Source: Candidatus Nanohaloarchaea archaeon | Lineage (GTDB): Archaea > EX4484-52 > GLR71 | Assembly: GCA_030594675.1 (NCBI GenBank) | Contig: JAUVES010000001.1 | Span: 1 to 49,721 of the forward strand | Reading direction: 5' to 3' | Length of the DNA stretch: 49,721 bases | Shown: positions 23,848 to 32,589 of the stretch, in pieces | Position numbering within the stretch: the stretch's first letter is position 1 | How the letters are laid out: every line of letters starts with the position of its first letter | Made by a program: the position numbers and the translations under genes | The notes under the pieces: model-generated | Database searches by the model: none | Told to the model about the DNA's origin: nothing | The model's input: the letters and a program-made list of their open reading frames with translations, nothing else

Positions 23848-24210
23848 ATGAAACCTCAACCTCAACCTAAAACTATTGACGAAAGTATTCTCTACGAAGC
23901 ATTCAAGACAACTAACGGTGAGCGTCAAGATAGCTATGGAGCTCCAGAAGACAGCTTCAAAATTATAGCTAGTTTTTGGACAACTTATCTTGAAGACAAA
24001 TATGAGATAAATGAAGACATAGACTCTCTCGACGTAGCTCACATGATGACTCTCTTTAAAATTGCCCGCATGTTAGGTCAAAAACCAAACCGAGATAACT
24101 ATATCGACGCAGCTGGCTATCTTGCTATAGCCGCTGACCGTCTTATCAAATGGCCACAACAGAATCAAGAAGGAATAGCTGAGCCTCATGATCTAATAGT
24201 TGACATCTAA
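23848..24210 (+). CDS. Small all-alpha phage protein, possibly a MazG-like nucleotide pyrophosphohydrolase-related domain
   Basis: ERQDSYG...FWTTYL...DVAHMMTLFKIARML...RDNYIDAAGYLAIAA, recognised from memory only. Confidence 0.35.
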   Translation: MKPQPQPKTIDESILYEAFKTTNGERQDSYGAPEDSFKIIASFWTTYLEDKYEINEDIDSLDVAHMMTLFKIARMLGQKPNRDNYIDAAGYLAIAADRLIKWPQQNQEGIAEPHDLIVDI

Positions 24211-24331
24211 ATTTTCATTAGCTGTTATCTTTTGCAGCTTGGCTCAGATCGGTTGCGTCAGATGTTCGGAGCTCAGCAGGGTTTTCAGTCAGTTTACGAG
24301 GGCGCTGCGAAGCCGCCCGAAGGAGAATAAG

Positions 24332-24520
24332 ATGCTTACAATAAAAGATTTAATAAAAGAATTACTAGAATTAGATAATTTAGAACTTCAAATAGCATTT
24401 GATGCAACTTCTTTAGTTGACAATGCAGGCATAAACGGAGGACACCCAAATATAACAGAAGTCAAAACGACAGAAACAGGTGAAGACGAATATGTATTAC
24501 TTAAGTCAGATGAGATATAA
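24332..24520 (+). CDS. Hypothetical 62-aa protein (last + strand gene)
   Basis: ATG 24332 follows GAAGGAG. The listed 24200 start covers a GC-rich structured spacer. Confidence 0.55.
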   Translation: MLTIKDLIKELLELDNLELQIAFDATSLVDNAGINGGHPNITEVKTTETGEDEYVLLKSDEI

Positions 24521-24658
24521 GGAGAAACGAAATGAACATAAAGGAGGAATACTTTGTATAAGTTAGCAGGACTAAAACTTACAGAATTGGCAAACTATTT
24601 GTCACAGAATGCTTTCATAATAAGATTCTTATATCGACTAATGACTATTATTGCTCCA

Positions 24659-24681
24659 CTATGTTCGATTTTTGAACGAAG
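24659..24681. promoter_or_regulatory. 23-bp quasi-palindromic element M8 (convergent junction)
   Basis: CTATGTTCGATTTTTGAACGAAG, 15 nt from the stop (24696) of the 1543-aa gene. TATTAT lies 7 nt upstream. Confidence 0.7.
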
Positions 24682-24695
24682 GAAAAGAAAAAGAA

Positions 24696-27600
24696 CTAAC
24701 GAGATCTCTGAGGACGTCTGACTCTGCCTTTCTTTGGCTTCTCAATATAGCGGCCAAAGATAATGTCAATATCAGTTCCACCTCTCTCGGCTGCTCGATA
24801 AGACTTTACGAACTGTTGGAAGCCTGGAATCCCAAGCAGTCGAGGAATAGCCGTAGCGTCTCCATTACCAAGTTTAACAAGTTCGTTAACAAGAGCTCCA
24901 CCGAACTCCGAGCCATACTTGAATTTTCCGCCATAGATAGGAACATACTCAAGCATTTCCTTTCCAATTGCCTTCGAGATCTTAGTATATCGCTCGATGT
25001 CAGTTACATAACCAAGCTTCTCTGCTTCTTCCTTTGCCGCCTTAACTGGATCTGGAACTGGAGAACGCATACCCATAAAGTCAAAGGCATAAGCAATAGC
25101 CGCAGTCGAAGCAACATATCTCGTCAAACGTTGCACTCGCTGAAGATTAGTAATATCTGGATTCTTAATGCCAAGAACTTGCCGACTTAAGAAATCAAAA
25201 TTAGCTATCACAAAAGTCTGAAGCGTGGACATAGCAGCACCTTCGGCTGTTCGTTGAAACGGAGCTCTGGCAGCTCTTGTCGCTGAACCTTGAGCTTGCT
25301 CTACAACGTCATCAGCATAATGTTTAGAGAATTCTTCCATAGCTTTCGCACGCTTAGCAGTAGGCATTTCTTCATATGTTTTAGATGTCTTATAAATTCT
25401 CTTGGCTTTTGCTTCTGCTCCTAACCAAGAAGCTTTAGCAATCAATCCATCATTAAGCATAAGAGGAGCAGAACCATAAGTTTTAATTTGCCTGCCTGCA
25501 TCAGAAATAGTTCTTCCAGGCTTTCCAGGAATCCAAGGATATGGCCGGCCAGCTTGCATCAAAGCAACTTCAGGAGCTCTAACAGTAAGAATGTCAGAAG
25601 TTTTAGATGCTCGCTTATGTTCAGCAGGATTCATAAGTTTAGCAAAACCTTCAACAGTTCTTGGAAGTCCAATTAACGTGATCGTATTATTTATTGAAGA
25701 TGCTTGATTAAGAAACGAGCCCCAATTAAATGTGACATAACTAACTGCAACATTAGAACTAAGACCACTCATCCTACGTCTTGTAACTGGATTAGTTACG
25801 TACATTATAGGCTCATGGCCTTTCTGATAATCAAGCCAATCAGAGATAAATCTCCAAGTATTAGGGGCATTCTCAGCAAGCTTATAACGAGGCAGTAAGA
25901 GCTCATGAAGATAAGCAGTCGTAGGCCCAATGTGAATAGCTCTACCTGCAAGCTTAGCATAAGCATTAAAGTTATCAAATGTATTTAGATGAAGATAGCC
26001 AGGAGTCTCAGGACCTGCCCTGAACTTCTCATGACCAGCAAGACCGGGAGCTCTAGAAACTTTCTCGATCTGACTTGGAATCTCCCTCAGCCTGGTCATA
26101 GCTTGATTTATTTTACCAAGATTATCTAAGATATTTATCTTCTCAAACTCTTGTAACCTGGCAAGATCATGAAACCACGGACTATAATTCTTAACTGCTG
26201 GAAACTTTTGCTGGCCAGCTGCTTCACGAGCTTTATTTATCTCTTTATATAAAGATCTATAAACTAACTGCTGCTCATCATAGACAGCCTTCTCCTTAGA
26301 TGTAAGTTTTTTAGGAATATCTTTTACACCCTGATTCTTCAACCTTGCAAGACCATCTGGCTGTTGTGCAATAGAATATTTCTCAATATTCTCTGCGTGC
26401 TTCTGACGAGTTCCAATGGAAAAGGTTCTTTTCATTCGATTAGATTCTTTCACCAAAGTCGTGACAAAATCATTCTCAGCCTTAGCAGCCTTGCGCATAG
26501 GATAATAGAAAGCTTCTTTTAATGGCTTTCCTAGCTGTGTAAACAAGCCTTCTGACGTAGCTAGCGTTCTGACTTTCTCGCCAAAGATAGGTCTTGGAAG
26601 ATCCTTCGTAACTGTTGAAACTACATGAGCATCTCCCCTCGTAACCGCAGGTGCCAGACGCCCTGGTCTGCCAGCTTTTCCTTTCTTCAAAACTCTCCTA
26701 GCCAAAAACTCTTCAGGCCTTTGACCTTTCTTAAGAAACTCAGACGTATCTTCAACTGCTGTCTTCTTAAATGCATTAGGAAAGGCCCTCAAGATCTGAC
26801 TATCAGGAACTTTTCGTCTCTGCATCTCAGCCACAATGTCTGTCTCAGTTACTTTTCTACGTTTGACCGATGAACGAAGTTTTTTAATTGTCTCAGGTTG
26901 TAGAGTTACTGAACCTTTCTCAGATTTTAAAGTTCTGACTAAACTACTCAAATAATCTGTAGTAAATCGTGCCTTAATTTCAGGTCTCAAAGAAAGTATG
27001 GCAGCTAATAAAGCATCTTTATCATTTTGTAAATTTTTCTTAACAGCTGCTATATTCTTTTTAGGAAACCTACCGGCTGCCAGTGACTTTTCAGTTTCTT
27101 CGACAAGAGATTTCAATCTTACAATATTTGGAGGCAGTCCTTTACCTTTAAAACGAGCTTCTATGTTAGCTAACTCTTGATCTTCCTTAAATAGTCTGCG
27201 AACCTTTCTTCTATCAGTCAATGTTATAGCCCCTCGTTCTTCTTTAAGAATGTCTATGACACCAAGACCTTCCTCACCAAGCATCTCGTCCCAAAAGCGT
27301 TTTGTAGCTTCAACTTCGACCTTCTTCATTTCTCTTGTCTTCTTAACATACCAGCCCTTTTTATCAGGCGTCCTTACAACTTCTCCAATCAGCCCTCGAC
27401 TCTTAGCCATACGCATAGCAAGAACTTTACTGCCAACTAACTTTCCCTCAGCAGTTCTCATTGGAGCCATTTCAGCTTCACGTCTAATTTCTCGTTCTAA
27501 GAGCTCTCCCTTAACATCAAGCGGTCTTTCGTATTTCTTCAAATCTGCCTCAACACCAGGAGGTCTGCCACGCTCAACGTCTACACGAGGAGGCTTTGGT

Positions 27601-29327
27601 TTCTTAACTGGTCTTTTCTTACCACCTGCATAAGCCCAAAAACTGCCAGTACTATCTACAAATCCAGTTTCTAAATCAGGTTTATTAAGAATATTATATT
27701 TTGTAGCTATATCAGCATGAAGTTGAGCCTCCTCTCCAACATAAATTTTAGAGCCAACTTTATCAGCTGGAAGTTCTTTACCTTTCTCAGGAAGTTTTCC
27801 TATAATTTCCTTAGGTTCTTTTACCTTAGGCTTTTTCACAACTTCTTTTTCTAACTTAGCTTTAAGTGTCTCAGCAATCTTAACATCACCGAACTCTCTG
27901 ACCTTAATAGCTCTAACAGCACTTCGCAGGTCTTTCTCCACATAGCCGAAATCCTTAAGATCTTCTTCATAATAACGACTCTTCTTGACCTCCTTCATTA
28001 TCTCGCCAACCTTCTTCTTACCCTCAATGCCAGCTCTGATCGTCTCAAACACTCCCATATCTTCGGCAACTTTAATTCCATCAGAGATCTCTCCGGCAAC
28101 TCGCTTACCGAACTGTTCCTCTATGTTCAATTTCCGAACGGAGGGCTTTTCTAAAACAACTTCAGGCTTAGGCTTCTCAACAACTATTTCTTCTTTGGCT
28201 TCCACCCGCTCTTCCTTAACGTCCCGTACACGTATGCGTTCTGCTTCTCTTTGCTCAGGCCTCTTTTCAACGCCCTTTGCTTTAACTTCCGTTCTAATTT
28301 CTTCGGCACTTGGAACCTCCTTTGTTAACTCTGCATCCTTTCTGACTCTTGTTCTTTCTTCTACCCATGAACCAACAGCTTTCTGAGCTCTAAAAGTCTT
28401 ATCCGTAGCAACTATTCGCTGCTCTTCAGTAATCCCCAGTTGGTCTAAGATCTTATCTACCTGTCGACTAACTACTTCAAGCTGTGCAGGAGTCTTAATA
28501 TCTTTCACGTCTTCGACAGTTTTTATATATCTACTGATAACATTCTTACTGACCTTCTTACCCTTCTTAACTGCTCCATGAAGACCCTTCAACAAGAGCA
28601 TCTCGCCAGCAAAACCAGTAAGATATCCAAGATTAGGATAACCAGCTTTAGAAAGTTTTTCATCTGCCACGTGAGGATAATGAAAAAGCCAATCCATAAG
28701 TTCGCCGGCTTTTCCTACAACCTTTTTACCTCCAGGCGTTACAGGTTCTCCCATGACTTCTGCAAAAAATCCAGACGCTTTGTCTGCTAGCTCTCTGACT
28801 TGTTTAGGACTTTTGATCTTAGCTTCTTCAAGCAACTGCGCTGTTGGCTTTCTTGCGAGATCAGGAGCACTAGGATCTGCTGGATAGCCTCCTTGTCTGA
28901 CTGTCTGTCTGATTCGATCTTGACGCAGAAGATTCTTAAGCTTCTCATTAATCTGCGTGGCAAAGCCCAAACCATAAGAAGGAAGAAAACTCACTGCCCC
29001 ATAGCCCAGTTGCACAACAGATTCCCCTGTGGCTTCAAGAAATTCTTTAGTTCCAGAATACTTCTCATCAAACCAGTCGTCAAAGGTTTTTCCAGTTTGA
29101 GTAGCATCTTGTGGAACTTCTAAAGTTTTCTGAGCCTCTTGAACCTGAGCATCAAAAGCATCAAGCCAGTCAGTCTCTGGCAAGGCTTCTGTTGGCGAGA
29201 GTCCTTCAGGTTCGACAAGAACTTCTGGTTGCGACTGGGCGGGAGCTATCGATTGAGACTCTTGTTCTGTAACTAGATATTTCTGAGCTTCCGAAACTTG
29301 CTGATCAAAGGCATCTAATTGCTCCAT
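24696..29327 (-). CDS. Giant virion-associated protein (1543 aa), function unknown (internal/ejection protein candidate)
   Basis: Last gene of the late block. N-terminal duplicated LDAFDxQVxEAQKxL, long K/E/R-rich centre, globular C-terminal third. No catalytic motif recognised. Confidence 0.55.
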   Translation of the reverse strand: MEQLDAFDQQVSEAQKYLVTEQESQSIAPAQSQPEVLVEPEGLSPTEALPETDWLDAFDAQVQEAQKTLEVPQDATQTGKTFDDWFDEKYSGTKEFLEATGESVVQLGYGAVSFLPSYGLGFATQINEKLKNLLRQDRIRQTVRQGGYPADPSAPDLARKPTAQLLEEAKIKSPKQVRELADKASGFFAEVMGEPVTPGGKKVVGKAGELMDWLFHYPHVADEKLSKAGYPNLGYLTGFAGEMLLLKGLHGAVKKGKKVSKNVISRYIKTVEDVKDIKTPAQLEVVSRQVDKILDQLGITEEQRIVATDKTFRAQKAVGSWVEERTRVRKDAELTKEVPSAEEIRTEVKAKGVEKRPEQREAERIRVRDVKEERVEAKEEIVVEKPKPEVVLEKPSVRKLNIEEQFGKRVAGEISDGIKVAEDMGVFETIRAGIEGKKKVGEIMKEVKKSRYYEEDLKDFGYVEKDLRSAVRAIKVREFGDVKIAETLKAKLEKEVVKKPKVKEPKEIIGKLPEKGKELPADKVGSKIYVGEEAQLHADIATKYNILNKPDLETGFVDSTGSFWAYAGGKKRPVKKPKPPRVDVERGRPPGVEADLKKYERPLDVKGELLEREIRREAEMAPMRTAEGKLVGSKVLAMRMAKSRGLIGEVVRTPDKKGWYVKKTREMKKVEVEATKRFWDEMLGEEGLGVIDILKEERGAITLTDRRKVRRLFKEDQELANIEARFKGKGLPPNIVRLKSLVEETEKSLAAGRFPKKNIAAVKKNLQNDKDALLAAILSLRPEIKARFTTDYLSSLVRTLKSEKGSVTLQPETIKKLRSSVKRRKVTETDIVAEMQRRKVPDSQILRAFPNAFKKTAVEDTSEFLKKGQRPEEFLARRVLKKGKAGRPGRLAPAVTRGDAHVVSTVTKDLPRPIFGEKVRTLATSEGLFTQLGKPLKEAFYYPMRKAAKAENDFVTTLVKESNRMKRTFSIGTRQKHAENIEKYSIAQQPDGLARLKNQGVKDIPKKLTSKEKAVYDEQQLVYRSLYKEINKAREAAGQQKFPAVKNYSPWFHDLARLQEFEKINILDNLGKINQAMTRLREIPSQIEKVSRAPGLAGHEKFRAGPETPGYLHLNTFDNFNAYAKLAGRAIHIGPTTAYLHELLLPRYKLAENAPNTWRFISDWLDYQKGHEPIMYVTNPVTRRRMSGLSSNVAVSYVTFNWGSFLNQASSINNTITLIGLPRTVEGFAKLMNPAEHKRASKTSDILTVRAPEVALMQAGRPYPWIPGKPGRTISDAGRQIKTYGSAPLMLNDGLIAKASWLGAEAKAKRIYKTSKTYEEMPTAKRAKAMEEFSKHYADDVVEQAQGSATRAARAPFQRTAEGAAMSTLQTFVIANFDFLSRQVLGIKNPDITNLQRVQRLTRYVASTAAIAYAFDFMGMRSPVPDPVKAAKEEAEKLGYVTDIERYTKISKAIGKEMLEYVPIYGGKFKYGSEFGGALVNELVKLGNGDATAIPRLLGIPGFQQFVKSYRAAERGGTDIDIIFGRYIEKPKKGRVRRPQRSR
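28121..28143. promoter_or_regulatory. 23-bp quasi-palindromic element M9 (intragenic)
   Basis: CTATGTTCAATTTCCGAACGGAG. Encodes ..SVRKLNIEE.. within the 1543-aa ORF. Confidence 0.65.
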
Positions 29328-30292
29328 TATCTTCCCTCAAATCTTTCTTTATTAGCTTTTATCTTCTCTGCATGCTCTATCACAATCATCCCTTCGTAGA
29401 TCTCCTGCAGGCGATCATTAACAGATATTCCTTTTCGCTTAGCAGCTGTAAATATGTCAGTAGGAGTCATTTGAACTCTATTTGCAACTGGCAGCTTAAC
29501 TTCAATAGGCTTATCTTCCTCACCATATGTTATACCTAAAAAAGTTTTATCTGCAGTTCCTCGAAACATCATAGAAGGATAGTCAAGAGTCTTAGAACGA
29601 TCATTATAGGCTGCGATAGAAGCATCTGAAGCATAAAATTCAGTTCTCAGATCATCAGCAGACTTCTCATGATCAACTATAAGCTTCCGGCGTTCCTCAG
29701 GCCTCAAAGCTGCAACTCCAGCCATTGGCTTAGCGACCATCGCAGGAATAACACCACCTGGCATTGTAGCAGCAAGAGTCGAAAGTGGAATATTTTCTAT
29801 ATCTCCAATCGTCTGACCTCCAAGAGCCTCAACTCCCTTACGTTTCCGATCTTCTTCTACTCCTGAAACCCTCACGTCTTGAAGACTCTTAATTCCACCT
29901 GCCATCTGTTGAAGCATGCCGCTTGGAACTTCATAATCTACCCAACCTCCTTCTCCACTAGGAAGACTTGTAACAACTGGCTTCATCCAAGCATCATGTT
30001 GAGCTTGATCTATCAAACCAGTTCTAAGACGCTCTTCAACCTCAGCCTTAGCCTTAGCACCTTCGATCTGAGACTGTCTTGGAATCTCATAGATCTGATC
30101 AGCAATCTTCATTTTAACCATAGGAGGATTTTCAAGAAGATCGAGTTTTCGTTTTGCCAGTTCTCCCTGTTGTCTAGTTCCCATCATATTGATGAGCATC
30201 TGCGCTTGTTTATAACGATTACTTTCCGTTACATCTCTTCTTGCTCCAATTGCACTAATCTCTTGTGGGGATAGTCCTACTAAGCCAGCCAT
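29327..30292 (-). CDS. Hypothetical virion protein (321 aa)
   Basis: ATG 30292 follows GGAGG. Its stop overlaps the giant gene ATG (TAATG). Confidence 0.6.
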   Translation of the reverse strand: MAGLVGLSPQEISAIGARRDVTESNRYKQAQMLINMMGTRQQGELAKRKLDLLENPPMVKMKIADQIYEIPRQSQIEGAKAKAEVEERLRTGLIDQAQHDAWMKPVVTSLPSGEGGWVDYEVPSGMLQQMAGGIKSLQDVRVSGVEEDRKRKGVEALGGQTIGDIENIPLSTLAATMPGGVIPAMVAKPMAGVAALRPEERRKLIVDHEKSADDLRTEFYASDASIAAYNDRSKTLDYPSMMFRGTADKTFLGITYGEEDKPIEVKLPVANRVQMTPTDIFTAAKRKGISVNDRLQEIYEGMIVIEHAEKIKANKERFEGR

Positions 30293-30293
30293 T

Positions 30294-30728
30294 TTAAAAG
30301 CCTCCACTAAAATCTTTTATAAACTCTTCCGAACTTCTTATAACAGGTTTAGAAGTTTCTTCCATACGTTTCTCAACTTCTTCCATACCTGTGATATTAT
30401 ATTGAAGTCCTCCAGCCCCAGTAGGATCTCTCGAAAGCGAAACAGTCGTAGGCCCTGCCTTGTCTTTTCCAGTTAGCATCTCCATAAAACGACTCCAATC
30501 TTGCTTACCGCTTGTCTCACGTTCTTTTTCTGCCTTAGCTGCCAAGCTGCTTCTTGCAAGTGTCGAACCTACACCTGCGAAAGGATTCTCAGGATCTAAC
30601 TTGCTTCCAACCATATCCATAACAATAGAAAGAAGCTCTGTATTACCCAACAAGCTTTTCATAAAATCTGAAGATTGCTCTTTCTGTCCAAGCTGACTAA
30701 CTAAAGCTTGATTATCAACAAGTGCCAT
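30294..30728 (-). CDS. Hypothetical virion protein (144 aa)
   Basis: AAAAGGAG precedes the ATG. Confidence 0.6.
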   Translation of the reverse strand: MALVDNQALVSQLGQKEQSSDFMKSLLGNTELLSIVMDMVGSKLDPENPFAGVGSTLARSSLAAKAEKERETSGKQDWSRFMEMLTGKDKAGPTTVSLSRDPTGAGGLQYNITGMEEVEKRMEETSKPVIRSSEEFIKDFSGGF

Positions 30729-30742
30729 TTTTAAATCTCCTT

Positions 30743-31669
30743 TTATTCAAATAATACTATTGCCAAGCCAACTAAATAACCAATTATTCCTCCAATAATA
30801 GCTCCTATAGGCCCAAAATAAGATCCAATGCTAATTCCCATCATCCAATAACTTGATATTAGCAAACCCTTTGAAAAATCAGATCTTTCTCTAAGAGATA
30901 CTTCCTTAACCTTTGGACCTCGCAATGCAGCTAATGCAGCTCTCTTATATTCAAGAATCATAAAAGGCCATAGAATGTGTCGAAGTGTAAGTCGATAATT
31001 ATATCTATCAGTATCAAGTTTTGCCATAAATTGGAGCTTCATAATAAAAGCATACGAAAATATAACTTTCTTCTTCTGATTCAATGAATCTATCCAACGC
31101 TCAGTAATATCTGGAATTAAAAGATATTTCAAATTAGCACTAATGGTAGCTCTGAGTTTAACTCGACGCTCTTCTAATACAGTCTTGCCAATTATAAAAG
31201 AACTACTTACAACTGCATTTAAACTTCTCATACTAAGTACAAACTTAGGAATCAAATCTTTTACAATATTATCATTTGTTAAACTGATATTAGTTTCTGT
31301 CAAAGCGTCTATCTCAGGAACTGCCAAAGAATTTTCAAATATATTACTAAACAAACTATCTATATCTAAGCCCACCATGAACTTTCCAAACATATCATGC
31401 AAAGACGGAAAATTACTTAAAACATAACCTGCGCCAAAGAAAGCTTCATCAGAATTTAATGCCATAAAAGACTTATAAGAAGATTCAGAATAGTCTATAG
31501 TTTGATCACAATAATCTTGAAGAGTATCTAAAAAACTAGCATGATATGCTTCTACATATGGCGCAAATCTAAGTGTTCCTCCCATCGTATGAAGTTTACC
31601 AGCACCAAGGCCACTACTAGTAGAATATCCTGCCCCATAAAAAAAACTACCAAACTTCCAATCTCCCAT
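30743..31669 (-). CDS. Virion/membrane protein with C-terminal glycine-zipper TM segment, paralogue of 31680..32579
   Basis: ATG 31669 follows GGAGG. RFAPYVEAYH..FFGAGYVLSNFPSLHDMFGKFMVGLDIDSL. C-terminus GPIGAIIGGIIGYLVGLAIVLFE. Confidence 0.6.
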   Translation of the reverse strand: MGDWKFGSFFYGAGYSTSSGLGAGKLHTMGGTLRFAPYVEAYHASFLDTLQDYCDQTIDYSESSYKSFMALNSDEAFFGAGYVLSNFPSLHDMFGKFMVGLDIDSLFSNIFENSLAVPEIDALTETNISLTNDNIVKDLIPKFVLSMRSLNAVVSSSFIIGKTVLEERRVKLRATISANLKYLLIPDITERWIDSLNQKKKVIFSYAFIMKLQFMAKLDTDRYNYRLTLRHILWPFMILEYKRAALAALRGPKVKEVSLRERSDFSKGLLISSYWMMGISIGSYFGPIGAIIGGIIGYLVGLAIVLFE

Positions 31670-31679
31670 AATAAACCTC

Positions 31680-32579
31680 CTAATAAGTAAGAGCTGCTGC
31701 AATTCCCAATGCTGCTCCAATTCCAGCTCCCCATCCAGCCCCACCTGCCGTTGCAGCTGAAGTACTTGTCGCTGCCTGCGCTGGCGCTACTGCATTACCA
31801 ATCATAGCTCCAGTTGCAGCACCTGAAAGTGCGCCACCAAGAACTCTTGAAACTGTCGAAGCTCCAGCTGCATTAGTCGTAGTTGTAGTAGCTCCTTGTA
31901 GTGCTCCTAGCGCTGCTCGCTCATATTCCAAAACTGTAAATGGCCAAAGCTTATCTTTAGCATCATAACTATAATTAATATCATCTATATCCATCTTTGC
32001 TGAAAAATAAAACTTCATAATCTCAGCATAGGTACATACAATGTTTTTATTCCAGTCAAGATGCGCTATCCATCTATCTCTGACTGTCGGAATAAGTTTA
32101 TATTTTAACTCAGCTCTGAATTTTTCCAAAGCCTTGACCCTTGTGTCTTCAATCAGTGACTTACCTACAACAAAGGTGCTAGCAAGAACTGAGTTAATGT
32201 CTCTAATACCTGTCTGTAGTCTTGGCAAAACATTAGCTTCTATATCATCTTCCATTAGAACTGCTTCAGCAGATACTAGATTATCTACCTCAGAAGAGTT
32301 CAAAGTATCCTCAAACAACTGACTATAAAGAGCATCTATATCTAAGCCTGCCATAAACTTTCCATACATGTCATAAAGAGATGGAAAACTACTTATAACA
32401 TAGCCAGCCCCAAAAAAAGCATTATCAACTTCAACATCTGTATAATCAGAAAAAGGAGAGGCATCTATAACGGCCATCCGTCTAGATTGTACTTCTCCGA
32501 GAAAATTATTATGCCGAGTTTCTACATAGGGCGCATATCTAATCGTCATTGTATCGCTAGCTTTACTACTACTACCCAT
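31680..32579 (-). CDS. Virion/membrane protein with Gly/Ala-rich hydrophobic C-terminus, paralogue of 30743..31669
   Basis: GGAGG precedes the ATG. RYAPYVETRH..FFGAGYVISSFPSLYDMYGKFMAGLDIDAL. C-terminus GAGWGAGIGAALGIAAALTY. Confidence 0.6.
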   Translation of the reverse strand: MGSSSKASDTMTIRYAPYVETRHNNFLGEVQSRRMAVIDASPFSDYTDVEVDNAFFGAGYVISSFPSLYDMYGKFMAGLDIDALYSQLFEDTLNSSEVDNLVSAEAVLMEDDIEANVLPRLQTGIRDINSVLASTFVVGKSLIEDTRVKALEKFRAELKYKLIPTVRDRWIAHLDWNKNIVCTYAEIMKFYFSAKMDIDDINYSYDAKDKLWPFTVLEYERAALGALQGATTTTTNAAGASTVSRVLGGALSGAATGAMIGNAVAPAQAATSTSAATAGGAGWGAGIGAALGIAAALTY

Positions 32580-32589
32580 CAGAACCTCC

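Noticed and set aside
24651-25190. ORF 24651..25190 (+), 179 aa
   Set aside because: It starts at a TTG upstream of element M8 and runs antisense through the 3' end of the 1543-aa gene. It has no SD. The giant gene is the better-supported reading of this DNA.
24696-29327. Calling the 1543-aa protein a tape measure protein (implying a siphovirus) or a virion RNA polymerase
   Set aside because: No tail tube, sheath or chaperone-frameshift genes precede it. No hydrophobic heptad-like TMP pattern or polymerase catalytic motifs were seen. Evidence is insufficient for either call, so the function is left unknown.
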